A DNA stretch of 64,000 bases from Octopus bimaculoides (GCF_001194135.2 NC_068984.1:8321310-8385309); one strand, 5' to 3'. Shown: positions 12,412 to 25,989, counted from the stretch's first letter. Numbers and translations: made by a program. Notes: generated by a model not told the origin, from the letters alone.

Positions 12412-12535
12412 CAGCTAAAGAGATCGATAGAATAAGTACTAGGCTTACAAAGAATAACTCCTGCGGTCGATTAATGGCGGTGATCCAACAAATGAACGAA
12501 ACAAATAAAAGAACAAAAGAATAAAAGAATGATTA
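12210..12535 (+). mobile_element. Bipartite SINE (head C + (TA)n + partial module B)
   Basis: gtggtaccttgggcaagtgtcttctactatagcctcggg...gaaactgaaag, then (TA)n, then gatagaataagtactaggcttacaaagaataa and an aaaagaataaaagaat tail. Confidence 0.8.
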
Positions 12536-12821
12536 AATAGTAATAATTAATAATAAAGAAGTAGAAATAATTAAAAAAAAATGAGGTGGTACGAAATAAG
12601 GAAAGATTCCAAATATTCTTTTGTTGAAGGCAATGCCGTTGAATGAAAGAAAATGAAGTGTTCCTTTGTCACTTGAATAACTGTCTTTAATATATGTCAA
12701 AGCCCCGAGCTTTTAGGGTAAATATGGAGTTAGTTAAGACATGAGACCGGGGAGAAAAATCCATCTCCGTGTCTCTCATACCATCTTGCTTTCGATAATT
12801 ACTTGTTCGTTCTGCATTTAT

Positions 12822-13025
12822 TTCAAGGCCAGTAATTTCGAAGGAGGAGGTAACTCGATTACATCAACCCCGTTGCTCAACTAGCATTCATTTTATTGAT
12901 CACGATAAAAAACAATGAAAGGCTAAGTCGACATCGGCAGAACTTGAAATCCGAATATCAAGAACTGGATGAAACTCTGCTAAGCATTTTGTCCCACGAT
13001 CTACCAATTCAGCCAGCTCGCCGCC
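12822..13025 (-). mobile_element. SINE family A, diverged
   Basis: caaggccagtaatttcg...aatgaaaggctaagtcgac...ccagctcgccgcc. Confidence 0.75.
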
Positions 13026-13507
13026 GTTATAGCTTCCATAATTTGCTACGTATCTTAGTCGGGTATACTGATGTTCCAGGAATAACCATTGAGATACATT
13101 ACAGGGAAGACAACTGTAAATTTGATATGAATACAGATTCTGTCTCTAACGCTAAGCTCCGTCCATATTGTTATACTGTAACAAAGAAACATCACCCTCC
13201 AAGTTTAATTCTAACATTGAAAGAATTTAAATTGTTGCACAGTTTTCTCGTTCTGGGGCTTCTTCATTAGAATCTGTCTTCCTAAAAGGATTATTCGTTT
13301 TGCTAATGATTTAACCCGACTGAGAAGCTGTGGTGATTGCTTGGCAATACATCAACGGAAGAGGATAAAGATGTCAAAGAAAGACAAATGTAAACGAAAG
13401 AATTATAATACAGAGAATAACGAAGCTTGAGGATGGTGAAATTGAAGGGGAATGGGAGAAGTAAGAATACAACTACTACTGCTACTACTACTTCTAATAA
13501 AAATAAT

Positions 13508-13611
13508 AAGAAGAAGAAGAAGAAGAGAAAGAAGAAGAAGAAGAAGAAGAAGAAGAAGAAGAAGAAGAAGAAGAAGAAGAAGAAGAAGAAGAAGAAGAAG
13601 AAGGGGGAGAA

Positions 13612-13646
<35 letters not shown>

Positions 13647-13830
13647 AGAAAGGGGAGAAGAGGAAGAAGAAGAAGAAAAAGATAAAAGAAGAAGAAGAAG
13701 AAGAAGAAGAAGAAGAAGAAGAAGAAGAAGAAGAAGAAGAAGAAGAAGAAGACGAAGAAGAAAAAGAAGAAGAAGAAGAAGAAGAAGAAGAAGAAGAAGA
13801 AGAAGAAGAAGAAGAAGAAGAAGAAGACGA
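13508..13830. repeat. (GAA)n microsatellite
   Basis: Long, nearly pure GAA tract; accounts for the poly-K/E/S/R ORFs. Confidence 0.95.
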
Positions 13831-14584
13831 TGACAATGTCGACGAAAACGACGTCGGCGATGGTGACCGACTATGAAAATGTGTAGCATTCCATGTTATC
13901 GCTGATCGATATCAAGTGAGTTAGNNNNNNNNNNNNNNNNNNNNNNNNNNNNNNNNNNNNNNNNNNNNNNNNNNNNNNNNNNNNNNNNNNNNNNNNNNNN
14001 NNNNNNNNNNNNNNNNNNNNNNNNNNNNNNNNNNNNNNNNNNNNNNNNNNNNNNNNNNNNNNNNNNNNNNNNNNNNNNNNNNNNNNNNNNNNNNNNNNNN
14101 NNNNNNNNNNNNNNNNNNNNNNNNNNNNNNNNNNNNNNNNNNNNNNNNNNNNNNNNNNNNNNNNNNNNNNNNNNNNNNNNNNNNNNNNNNNNNNNNNNNN
14201 NNNNNNNNNNNNNNNNNNNNNNNNNNNNNNNNNNNNNNNNNNNNNNNNNNNNNNNNNNNNNNNNNNNNNNNNNNNNNNNNNNNNNNNNNNNNNNNNNNNN
14301 NNNNNNNNNNNNNNNNNNNNNNNNNNNNNNNNNNNNNNNNNNNNNNNNNNNNNNNNNNNNNNNNNNNNNNNNNNNNNNNNNNNNNNNNNNNNNNNNNNNN
14401 NNNNNNNNNNNNNNNNNNNNNNNNNNNNNNNNNNNNNNNNNNNNNNNNNNNNNNNNNNNNNNNNNNNNNNNNNNNNNNNNNNNNNNNNNNNNNNNNNNNN
14501 NNNNNNNNNNNNNNNNNNNNNNNNNNNNNNNNNNNNNNNNNNNNNNNNNNNNNNNNNNNNNNNNNNNNNATATAAATATAAATA

Positions 14585-14788
14585 AGGTGGTCTGGAAGAA
14601 ACGTTAGCACACGGGACGACATGCTTAGCGGTATTTCGTTTGCCTTTACGTTCTGAGTTCAAGTTCTGCCGAGGTCGACTTTCATCTTTTCGGCGTTGAT
14701 AAATTAAGTACCAGTTGCGTAATGGGGTCGATCTTATCGACTGGCCTCTTCCCCAGAAACTTCGGGCCTCGTCCCTAGAGCAGAAAAG

Positions 14789-14790
<2 letters not shown>
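14585..14790 (+). mobile_element. SINE family A (type-2 tail)
   Basis: agaaacgttagcac...gagttcaagttctgccgaggtcgac...cctagagcagaaaaga. Confidence 0.85.
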
Positions 14791-14828
<38 letters not shown>

Positions 14829-16363
14829 ATACATATTTTTTATATACATACATGCTTACATTCCTACATTCACAACTATATACGTAACTAAATGCACTAA
14901 CAAACATACACAATAAAAAATGCAGCAGACTATCGCACCATTGCGCGCATAGAACTACATGCAAGCACATACATGATCAATTTGGCACACTCCATGTATG
15001 CATAAACATATACACACACAGTTATATCAATACACACGCATTCATAGCTACCTACAAGCAGCCATACATGTTACTAATGTAGGTGTGAATGTACGTGAAG
15101 AAAAACGTTTCAGTTTTCCAAAACCTGTTTATGTCGTGTTTGATATTGTAACTGGTGAAAATTGAATTTTTCCTTATCTGCCTTGAAGAACCATGGTCAA
15201 GCAAAACGATTGGTCAGCTCAACGTTGTTATGGTTGGTAAGTAATCCTTACGCAGACGAATCTTATTTCTGTCCTCTCTGCTCACCCAAGCGCAGCATAC
15301 AGGGTAAGGGGCGAAAAGCCTTCACGACAGGAAAGGCGCTTGAAACATCGCGATGAATGCAGAAGTATTTCGCAAAACTTGTGAGTTGGTACTTTAGATT
15401 CGGTGAGGGGCAAAAATCTGATAGTTGCTCCACTTATGTTATATTGATCACTATTATTCGTAAAGCATTATATATATATATATATATNNNNNNNNNNNNN
15501 NNNNNNNNNNNNNNNNNNNNNNNNNNNNNNNNNNNNNNNNNNNNNNNNNNNNNNNNNNNNNNNNNNNNNNNNNNNNNNNNNNNNNNNNNNNNNNNNNNNN
15601 NNNNNNNNNNNNNNNNNNNNNNNNNNNNNNNNNNNNNNNNNNNNNNNNNNNNNNNNNNNNNNNNNNNNNNNNNNNNNNNNNNNNNNNNNNNNNNNNNNNN
15701 NNNNNNNNNNNNNNNNNNNNNNNNNNNNNNNNNNNNNNNNNNNNNNNNNNNNNNNNNNNNNNNNNNNNNNNNNNNNNNNNNNNNNNNNNNNNNNNNNNNN
15801 NNNNNNNNNNNNNNNNNNNNNNNNNNNNNNNNNNNNNNNNNNNNNNNNNNNNNNNNNNNNNNNNNNNNNNNNNNNNNNNNNNNNNNNNNNNNNNNNNNNN
15901 NNNNNNNNNNNNNNNNNNNNNNNNNNNNNNNNNNNNNNNNNNNNNNNNNNNNNNNNNNNNNNNNNNNNNNNNNNNNNNNNNNNNNNNNNNNNNNNNNNNN
16001 NNNNNNNNNNNNNNNNNNNNNNNNNNNNNNNNNNNNNNNNNNNNNNNNNNNNNNNNNNNNNNNNNNNNNNNNNNNNNNNNNNNNNNNNNNNNNNNNNNNN
16101 NNNNNNNNNNNNNNNNNNNNNNNNNNNNNNNNNNNNNNNNNNNNNNNNNNNNNNNNNNNNNNNNNNNNNNNNNNNNNNNNNNNNNNNNNNNNNNNNNNNN
16201 NNNNNNNNNNNNNNNNNNNNNNNNNNNNNNNNNNNNNNNNNNNNNNNNNNNNNNNNNNNNNNNNNNNNNNNNNNNNNNNNNNNNNNNNNNNNNNNNNNNN
16301 NNNNNNNNNNNNNNNNNNNNNNNNNNNNNNNNNNNNNNNNNNNNNNNNNNNNNNNNNNNNNNN

Positions 16364-16414
<51 letters not shown>

Positions 16415-16765
16415 ATAAGGATAATATACGGCACGTTGGATGTACTGGTGTAAAATGTTTCTCTGATGTCGCTGCTGTGGAGATAGATGATATCGTTAAA
16501 CGTTAGCATGTGCTTTTGTATGGAAACATATTTGTATGCATAAGTGAGTCTGTGTGACTGACTGGTAATTTGGTTACCCTAATTCTCCCCGTTCATTTCT
16601 CTCTCCCTCTCTTTCTGAGACAATCACACACACACCCAAATTCACATGCACACACATAGAGATAAATGCACATATTCGCGCAGCACACGTATGCTCATAC
16701 AAAACACATGAGTTGACATATGTTCGTAAATAAATTGAATTAGTTTCGATCGAAATGTAGACCAT

Positions 16766-16885
16766 ATTCTTCTTCTTCTTCTTCTTCTTCTTCTTCTTCT
16801 TCTTCTTCTTCTTCTTCTTCTTCTTCTTCTACTTCTTTTTTTTTCTTCTTCTTCTTCTTCTTCTTCTTCTTCTTCTTCTTCTCCA
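16766..16885. repeat. (CTT)n microsatellite
   Basis: Read directly from the sequence. Confidence 0.95.
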
Positions 16886-17059
16886 CTTGTCCCACTTCCA
16901 CACCTCCTCCCCCACTTCCTCTTCTTTCATTATGTCACTTTTCTTCTTTAACCTTGTAGACGTGGTTCTGTGGTAAGAAATTTGCTTCCCAAGTACGTGG
17001 TTTCTCGTTCAACCCTACTGTAAAGTAGTAGGTTGCTTGAGTAGGTGTTTTCTACTAAG

Positions 17060-17242
17060 GCCTCGATCACGACGGGCGAAATGATTAGCAGTATTTCATC
17101 TGTCTTTACGATCTGATTACAAATTCCTCTCAAGTCGACTTTGCTTTTCATCCTTTCGGGGTCGAAAAATTAAGAACCAGTTGCGTACTGGGGTCGATCT
17201 AATCGACTGGCCCCCTTCCCAAAAATTTCTGGCCTTATGCCT
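17060..17242 (+). mobile_element. SINE family A, preceded by a head-C fragment at about 16959-17030
   Basis: gggcgaaatgattagcagtatttc...tttcatcctttcggggtcga...ggccttatgcct. Confidence 0.8.
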
Positions 17243-17752
17243 NNNNNNNNNNNNNNNNNNNNNNNNNNNNNNNNNNNNNNNNNNNNNNNNNNNNNNNNNN
17301 NNNNNNNNNNNNNNNNNNNNNNNNNNNNNNNNNNNNNNNNNNNNNNNNNNNNNNNNNNNNNNNNNNNNNNNNNNNNNNNNNNNNNNNNNNNNNNNNNNNN
17401 NNNNNNNNNNNNNNNNNNNNNNNNNNNNNNNNNNNNNNNNNNNNNNNNNNNNNNNNNNNNNNNNNNNNNNNNNNNNNNNNNNNNNNNNNNNNNNNNNNNN
17501 NNNNNNNNNNNNNNNNNNNNNNNNNNNNNNNNNNNNNNNNNNNNNNNNNNNNNNNNNNNNNNNNNNNNNNNNNNNNNNNNNNNNNNNNNNNNNNNNNNNN
17601 NNNNNNNNNNNNNNNNNNNNNNNNNNNNNNNNNNNNNNNNNNNNNNNNNNNNNNNNNNNNNNNNNNNNNNNNNNNNNNNNNNNNNNNNNNATATCGTTTG
17701 TAAAAATACATAGATCCGAAAGAAGAAACACACTCTAAGATGTAGACCAGTA

Positions 17753-18051
17753 TATATTAAAAATGGGGAATGCCGGTTTATGGGATTACCCTAGGTTTCC
17801 CGTCCATAAAGTGTTTACCTATATGGCGTATCGTCATATCCGAAAATCTTGTTGGCCCATTACCTCTTAAAAATATTCCTAAGAAGTCATGGTCTCACGG
17901 GATGTTTGGGGTCTGATGATACGGCATAAAGCTATTAAGAGATCATGACCAACACGCATTTGGGATCTGACGATAAGCCATAAAGCTAAACTCATCTTGG
18001 ACGGGAAACCTAAGGTAATTCCGTAAACCGGCGTTCTCCATTTTTAATATA
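17753..18051. mobile_element. MITE with about 54-bp terminal inverted repeats
   Basis: tatattaaaaatggggaatgccggtttatgggattaccctaggtttcccgtcca and its reverse complement at the right end (5 mismatches); TA ends; two internal 30-bp direct repeats. Confidence 0.8.
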
Positions 18052-18057
18052 CATATA

Positions 18058-18570
18058 TGACGGCCGTCCACTTGTAACCGAGGAAGACCATTGCTGACCT
18101 TCAGTAACATTGTGCGCTCTGGGACTAAATTATATTTTGTATTTGCGACTCCGTTGGTCGCTAATGAGCCCTACTCTCGACAAGCAGACACGACTGCAAA
18201 CATTGCAGACCAAGCTTTCCCCATTCACTAAACCGGCAGTGCGCTTTCGAGCAGCACGCTTAAGTTCTTCATGCAGAATACGTGCTCTTTCAAAAGTGTC
18301 GACCCCCTCTTTAACGTGCTTCCTCCATCTGTGGCGATGACAGGGATTGTGCTCTTTCAAATGTGTCGACCCCCTCTTTAACGTGCTTCCTCCATTTGTG
18401 GCGATGACAGGATTGTTCTCCCAGTCAGTCTCTTGCATATCACAGGCCTTTTATGAGGACATGACACAGTCCTTAAATCGCAGCCTTGGTTTCTGCCGGG
18501 GTCACTTTCCATTCACAAGTTCTCCATATGGCATCTGCCTAGGGATTCAGCTATCCTTCATTCTGATAAG
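18058..18570 (-). mobile_element. RTE-clade LINE 3' fragment
   Basis: Minus-strand peptide PRLRFKDCV...WRKHVKEGVDTFE...CNVCSRVCLSRVGLISDQRS (decayed C2H2-type C-terminus); internal tandem duplication of about 65 bp at 18283-18415. Confidence 0.75.
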
Positions 18571-18614
<44 letters not shown>

Positions 18615-19161
18615 CAAATCGAGTAGTCACATCAAAGTGTTAGATGAATGTTACGACTAGTTTAACTCCAGGCAGATCCTCCACCAGCTGCTTTTCGGCG
18701 CAAGTTCTGCATCGTTTATGTACAATACATCACTAGCAGTGATAGCGAACCCTTACTACCCACCAACAGATGACACGATCGCATCACCTGCCGCTTTCCA
18801 GCTGTTTGGCTCACGTCTGCCGCGTGCACCTAGAGTGATAGCTAAGATCCGCTTCTGCCAGCGATATATTGTAAACAAAGTGACCTTAGGTTACTGATTT
18901 GCACTTGACTTGACTTCATAATGGAAATTTTCATTGAATGGTTTCATTTTGTAGCTACGGACAGCCATATCATTCAGCCCATAAGATAGTTTTTATGATT
19001 TTATTTTACACATAAGAAAGATGTGTGTGATATTATTCTACACATAAGATATTATTCAACACATCAGAAAGATGTGTGTGAAGCGTTTTTAAGAGAGAAT
19101 ATGCCTTGCAGAGGAACAACTGTACTCTCATATTACGGAGACGCATGTATTAGAGCATGCT

Positions 19162-19218
<57 letters not shown>

Positions 19219-20028
19219 GACACACATACACATAGATTCGTAAATTACAAGAGCAATCTGTGAGTAAAACAGTAAAAATATGCAAGTCTTTTCTCAAGTT
19301 CCAAATATGAATTTGTCTGTGTTAATAACATCCCAAAGATGGAGCCTTGTATCTTTGTTGGAAACCGGCTCCCTCCTCAGTGGAAGACATATAATAATTA
19401 AAATTTAGAAGAGACATACACACACACGCACACACACAAACACACAAACACACACACACACACACACGCACAAACACACACACGCACACACACAAACACA
19501 CATTTATGTATGATGCTGTGCAGTACCTTCCCACCAAATTCCAGTCTTATATCAGTATCAAAACCAAAGTTATAATAAATATACCTGCCCAATGTGACTC
19601 GATGTGTAATCGAAACCCTTAGACGCATAGCCATACTTCTGCAGTTTTACTTCCGAATCTACTGAATTTAATGCTGTCGCCCATTGACACAGTGAATGAA
19701 TACTAATCTGGCATTGTTCTTCTGGGACTCTATTTTCATGTTCTTTACTTACGGTATGTATATTATATTCTCAAGGAACGCATTGTTCTGTGGAATTTTT
19801 CATCATATTTATTTAGAAATTACTCTTTAATGTTGACTTTATGTAAATGAATATAGTGTGATGCAGTCGCGGATAATTTCAGTTTCCTGAATAGGCCCAT
19901 GTTTCCATCATACGTCTGGTGTCTTATCGTCTGCAAGCTATTTATTCAGGTAAGAACTCGAAAAATATTCCAGACATATAGGTGCACTCATGCATACACG
20001 CATTCATGGGCATTCAAACACACACGCA

Positions 20029-20074
<46 letters not shown>

Positions 20075-20213
20075 NNNNNNNNNNNNNNNNNNNNNNNNNN
20101 NNNNNNNNNNNNNNNNNNNNNNNNNNNNNNNNNNNNNNNNNNNNNNATATACCTATATGTATAGATACAACGCACGCACATATATAATTATATATATATA
20201 TATATATGTGTGT

Positions 20214-20251
<38 letters not shown>

Positions 20252-20380
20252 TTATACGTATCTATATGTATATGTACCTATCTTGCTTCGTACTTTCTGT
20301 ATGTACTTTCGCTTTCATAAACACACAGATACATACACACACGTGTGCATGCACTTGCATACATACATACATACATGCAT

Positions 20381-20413
<33 letters not shown>

Positions 20414-20426
20414 TATGTGTGTGTGT

Positions 20427-20474
<48 letters not shown>

Positions 20475-21380
20475 ATATGTCAACCACTTGGCTGCTGCCT
20501 ATTTGGTCGTGCAAACGTTAACCTAACGAGGTGTGTTAAAAGTTAAGATCAAAGTTGAATATTTAAGAGAACCTGAAGCGTCTTGTTATTCATTCGCCAC
20601 TCAATAGAATCGACGTATTCACAGAGTGTGTAAAAGCATGTTATCCTACACTTCGATGCCTCTAATGTGCATATACGTATTCTTATTTATTACACCACTT
20701 CGGCCAACTTCAAAGTAATATCTCCAAGTTGTAAAACACGAAAAAAGTGTATATAACAATAAAATTCCGTTGGAATAGGTGAAGGAAATCTGTGATTATA
20801 CAGGAACATTAAACAAGAGAATCTTTTGGATACGTGACTTACATAATAATAACAAAACTATATTTCTGTAGTTATGAAGACTATAGGAATTTCAAAAAAA
20901 AAAAATATATAAAAATATTAACATAGGAAATAAATAAAGCTATTCAGAAATAATTTCAGCCTTTGTCTGGTTTTAATGAGATGAAGTAATAAAGAAAAAT
21001 AAAAGAAAGAAATCCAGTTGATTCCAGTGACTTTAAAGAAAGCAATATTTTGGAAGCGACGGACTTCATCCAAAAATGCAACTGACATTTTTATTATACG
21101 AATCTGCATAGTATATTATCACGATATCAAATTTGATATCGGAATTGAAAAAGAATATCGTGTGTTTAAGATTTTGTTACTCAGTTTTGTAGATATGTAT
21201 TCCGGTCTAGACACCTACACAATGTCAAGTTTATATTCTGTATTGCAATTTCATGAATATTAAAGAGTTATGTTTACTATGAAGGTATTTCAGGGATGAT
21301 GCGTGTATATATATATATGTATTTATGTGTATACACACACACACACATACAAAACACACACACAGAAACACACACACATG

Positions 21381-21420
<40 letters not shown>

Positions 21421-21746
21421 CAAAATCAAAATTTGATTTTAATCACCCATCCTTTTGGGATGCGATATTCGGGTGCCTTCGCATAAGTACCATATTCAAA
21501 CCTTGAATCTATATCTAAACCGTCTATATATNNNNNNNNNNNNNNNNNNNNNNNNNNNNNNNNNNNNNNNNNNNNNNNNNNNNNNNNNNNNNNNNNNNNN
21601 NNNNNNNNNNNNNNNNNNNNNNNNNNNNNNNNNNNNNNNNNNNNNNNNNNNNNNNNNNNNNNNNNNNNNNNNNNNNNNNNNNNNNTATATATATATATAA
21701 GCAATGTTAATTCTCTAAATGAAGTATTAACAGTAACTGCATGATA

Positions 21747-21896
21747 AAGTGTAGTATATTGCCACTTAAGTGTGGCTGACCCCTAGGGGTGGATGTTACT
21801 GTTGCTTTTAGCCCCAGGAGGACATCTCCTCCAGCTGGCTTATCGACACACTACTGTGTCCTGTTTGTCACACTTAAGTGGCAATATACTACACTT
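21747..21896. mobile_element. MITE with perfect terminal inverted repeats, TA-flanked
   Basis: ataaagtgtagtatattgccacttaagtgtg (21744-21774) is an exact 31-bp inverted match to 21869-21899. Confidence 0.85.
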
Positions 21897-22396
21897 TATA
21901 TATATATATATATATACATATATATATGTATATACATATATGTATGTATGTATGATGTATGTATTGTTTTATAGGTGAATCATTACTTCAATGTTAATAA
22001 AAAATGCACGAGTTCAATTCCACGTCTTCATTATTCGTCAGTGAGTTAATTATCTATTCAACTAAATAATCGATCGTTAACGTGTTTGTTAGACAGTTAA
22101 TAACATTTTTCTTTGTTTTTTAGGTATTTTGTGTGGGGGGGTGTATGGTGGAGTGATCCTCAAATTTCTTTTGTGTTCAAAAGCTTTTCATTGACTCATC
22201 TCCCACATTGGTCCGAAGGCCGTCTTCGCTACAAAAACAAACTATATATATAGATAATCTTTTTCTAAAAGAGTGAAACCGGTTAAGTAAATAAATATTT
22301 TAAAAAAATAAGTGCATTTTCAAACCTTCTTTCATATATATTTCCACTCGTACGGTATTCCACAACTTTACTTTATTATATATATATATATATATA

Positions 22397-22663
22397 CTAG
22401 CAGTATAACCCGACCTTGTCCGGGTGTGACTTATTACGCCTTCTACGATAAGTCTTGCTAGGTGAAAATCAACTAAAAAAGAAAGCCTTACAACGGAAAA
22501 ACCCTTATGATGTAAATATGTTCATAATTCAAAAGACGATGAAATTAATAAGGAAAGTCTGAAGGCGTAACATTATTAAGCGTACGTAAATTTCATCCGT
22601 CTAATTGGCTGTAGAAATGCTTGTGCAAAACAACTTTTTGCGCTGCCCTGATTATATATATAG
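22397..22663 (-). mobile_element. Non-autonomous Helitron-like element (3' end clear, 5' end uncertain)
   Basis: Minus strand ends in a GC-rich hairpin (acccggacaaggtcgggt), about 7 nt, then CTAG followed by T of a (TA)n tract. The expected 5' TC is not evident. Confidence 0.55.
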
Positions 22664-22948
22664 CAGGGTAATCCCTTTTAATAGGAGGTAGGATGGCAAT
22701 TTCTGATGAAATAGGCAGAAGATGTTGATGCACCATTTTGCATTATGTTCAAAGTAGATTCTGGAATGTGGTGAATTGCTGCAGTCTGTTGCTGTCGTTT
22801 TAAACTGGTTACTTTCTTTCACTAGCAAACTCTCTTCTTTGGAGGCATAATCTATGTATATATTAAACAGAACAACAACAGTTATAATAGATGGCTGGGT
22901 CGGTACTTTTCACATATCTGTAATTTTTCAGATTAACACCCGCACGAT

Positions 22949-23046
22949 TACCCAACCCTAAGCCTAAAACCCTAAACCTAACCGTAACACTAACCCTAAT
23001 CCTAACCCTAAACCCTAACCCTAAAACCCGAACCCTAACACCCTAG
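22949..23046. repeat. Degenerate (CCCTAA)n telomere-like tract
   Basis: About 15 units of cctaa/ccctaa/ccctaaa. Confidence 0.8.
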
Positions 23047-24097
23047 TGAAAATCGTGGTATATTTACCAAACATTGACGAACATGAGTTATATTGTTGTC
23101 AATGATTGTGTGTACAGGTAGAAGGTAAGAAATATAAAAGTTGCTAGAAACAACAGTCAAATCTCCNNNNNNNNNNNNNNNNNNNNNNNNNNNNNNNNNN
23201 NNNNNNNNNNNNNNNNNNNNNNNNNNNNNNNNNNNNNNNNNNNNNNNNNNNNNNNNNNNNNNNNNNNNNNNNNNNNNNNNNNNNNNNNNNNNNNNNNNNN
23301 NNNNNNNNNNNNNNNNNNNNNNNNNNNNNNNNNNNNNNNNNNNNNNNNNNNNNNNNNNNNNNNNNNNNNNNNNNNNNNNNNNNNNNNNNNNNNNNNNNNN
23401 NNNNNNNNNNNNNNNNNNNNNNNNNNNNNNNNNNNNNNNNNNNNNNNNNNNNNNNNNNNNNNNNNNNNNNNNNNNNNNNNNNNNNNNNNNNNNNNNNNNN
23501 NNNNNNNNNNNNNNNNNNNNNNNNNNNNNNNNNNNNNNNNNNNNNNNNNNNNNNNNNNNNNNNNNNNNNNNNNNNNNNNNNNNNNNNNNNNNNNNNNNNN
23601 NNNNNNNNNNNNNNNNNNNNNNNNNNNNNNNNNNNNNNNNNNNNNNNNNNNNNNNNNNNNNNNNNNNNNNNNNNNNNNNNNNNNNNNNNNNNNNNNNNNN
23701 NNNNNNNNNNNNNNNNNNNNNNNNNNNNNNNNNNNNNNNNNNNNNNNNNNNNNNNNNNNNNNNNNNNNNNNNNNNNNNNNNNNNNNNNNNNNNNNNNNNN
23801 NNNNNNNNNNNNNNNNNNNNNNNNNNNNNNNNNNNNNNNNNNNNNNNNNNNNNNNNNNNNNNNNNNNNNNNNNNNGTGTTTATGTGTATGTTGTCACAGA
23901 TCACATATGTGTGGCCGTGTGTGTTTTTACGTTTCTATGTTATGAAAAATATGTTAGAGGTAGAGGAAAGGTATTATATTAGAGAGAGGAAGAAGAAGTA
24001 AGAGTGTAAAATGTAACCAAGTTAATCTATGACTTTGTATGTATCACTTTCTCTCTCTCTCTCTCTCCCTCTTTTACTCTTACTCCCTATAACAACG

Positions 24098-24166
24098 CCG
24101 GTACAGGGAGAAAGGAAGGAATATAAATGTTGCTAGAAACGACAGCCAAATCTCCCTTAAGTCACA
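24098..24166. repeat. Dispersed repeat fragment, also at 23112-23166
   Basis: gtacagg...aaatataaa.gttgctagaaac.acag.caaatctcc is present twice. Confidence 0.6.
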
Positions 24167-24344
24167 CAAAGTAAACGGAATTTTAAAAATCTAATTACTG
24201 CACTGGAAAGTTCAGATCGAGAAAATTCCATTGATGTAAACATTTTTAGGAAAAAGTGGAAAATGTGGATTTCTATAAACTATCAAAAAGGCTTCACACA
24301 AACACACAATTTCAGATTTATATATTAAGATATATATTGACATA

Positions 24345-24712
24345 GTGGAGGTTCAGTGGCTCAGATTTTACGGCGGTGGACATCCGGTCGTAGGTTCGTG
24401 GTTTCGGTGTTTGTATTTATTGAGCGAAAACATCTAATGTTACATGAGGCCCCGGCAGGGCGGGGGCGAACCCTGGTGTACTCTTTCATCACAACTTTCT
24501 CTCACTCCTTCTTCCTGTTTCTGCTGTACCTGTATTTAAAATGGGCCAGCCTTGTTACACTCTGTGTCACGCCGAACCTCCCCCGAGAACTACATTAAGG
24601 GTAAATGTGTCTGTGTAGTGCTCAGCCAGTTGCACGTTAATTTCACGAGCAGGCTGTTCCGTTGATCAGATAAACTGGAACCCTCGTCGTCGCAACCGAC
24701 GGGGCGTCACGA
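24345..24712 (+). mobile_element. tRNA-derived SINE family E
   Basis: Head gtggagg...ttattgagcgaaaac shared with 47013; body domain shared with 1-262; tail ctggaaccctcgtcgtcgcaaccgacgg. Confidence 0.7.
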
Positions 24713-24900
24713 CGGTGGGGCACTGAAAAGTTCCTGGCTTTAGGTAAAAGAAAATACCGGAGGTTGAGATTATCATGATTTTATTGACCAAATTCCATTC
24801 TGAGATTCGCACACTTATTGCAGAGACCCTTGAGTTTTTCTCGGAAAGTGGGCCTCCAGCCAGGCCTTTCGCGAGACTCTTAAAACCAGGAACTCTTAGT
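24710..24900. mobile_element. Mariner-type MITE
   Basis: Left ctgaaaagttcctggcttt and right aaaccaggaactcttag are imperfect inverted termini. Confidence 0.5.
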
Positions 24901-25591
24901 CTTATATTGATATTTCACCCTTTCTCTCTTTATCTATCTTTGTTTCTATCTATATGTCTATCTTTCTATCTATATCTCTACTTACCTACCTACCTACCTA
25001 TCTACCTATCTATCTATCTACCTATCTATACATATATGTGCGTATGAACAAGGATACACTAAACATGCATACGTCTATATATATATATTAGTATAGGACG
25101 ACAAAAAGCGTATGTCCAATATTCACGTCATGTATGGAACCCCTTAGTTATGCATATCTCGACAAGGAAGTCCCCTAAAGTCCCTTACATGGTTATATAT
25201 TATGTGTCTTATAATGCTTAAAAATTAATCTGCTTAAATGGACGCATTAATGCCATAAAGATAATTATGAAATTCTTCGTTTTTACTTCGCCAGTTAATG
25301 CATATCTCGCTTAAAACAGAACAACAACCTGAATACTAAATATCAAAGTGTCTTTTTCTCTGCCAGGTATACTTTATCACAACACACTAAGCTTAAAATT
25401 CTATATGATGATGTTGTATAAGCAATGATAACTAACTCTTAATTCACTCCCCAGAAACACTTTGCAGTTAGTTGTAAAATATATATTTACTTCATATAGC
25501 TTTTAAAGTGACACACAGTTACGGACCTAAAAATAGAAATATTATTTCTAAATCTCTCAAAAGAGAGACATTCAGTAAGAGTTCTTTAAAG

Positions 25592-25830
25592 TAAAGGCTT
25601 TTTGCCAACACAATGTGGCTGTCCTGGAAGGGGCAATTGTTACTGTTGTTTTAATCTCAAGAAACATCGTTTCTAGCTGGCTAGGTGGGAGTGCTGAACT
25701 CCCCGTTCGAAAATATAAGGGTACAAGTATTGAGTTGTATAGCTAACTAGAAACGATGTCTCTTGGGGCTAAAACAACAGTAACATCGTCCCTTGCAGGA
25801 CAGCCACATTATGTTGGCAAATAGTCTTTA
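25592..25830. mobile_element. MITE with about 90-bp inverted arms
   Basis: taaaggctttttgccaacacaatgtggctgtcctg...tttctagctggcta is inverted at the right end; both ends read TAAAG. Confidence 0.8.
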
Positions 25831-25989
25831 TATATACTTCATCTTAACAGCAAATTAGCAACTAATTCGTAAAAATAATTATAGTGGTGTATGGGAGTTC
25901 TCCATAAAAACTAATCATACTATTGAAGAGAGGAGATATGGTATGTTAGAAGTGGGCAAATACAAAAGAGTAATCTTATAAGGCTTAAT

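Noticed and set aside
13303-13889. Long poly-K/E/S/R ORFs
   Set aside because: Translations of a (GAA)n microsatellite, with no domain or splice evidence.
17905-17985. CTGATGA/CTGACGA motifs as hammerhead cores
   Set aside because: No helix II followed by GAAA; these are internal direct repeats of a MITE.
18620-18870. GC-richer block with CAGCTG motifs
   Set aside because: Short motifs like these are expected by chance, and there is no second copy or clear structure.
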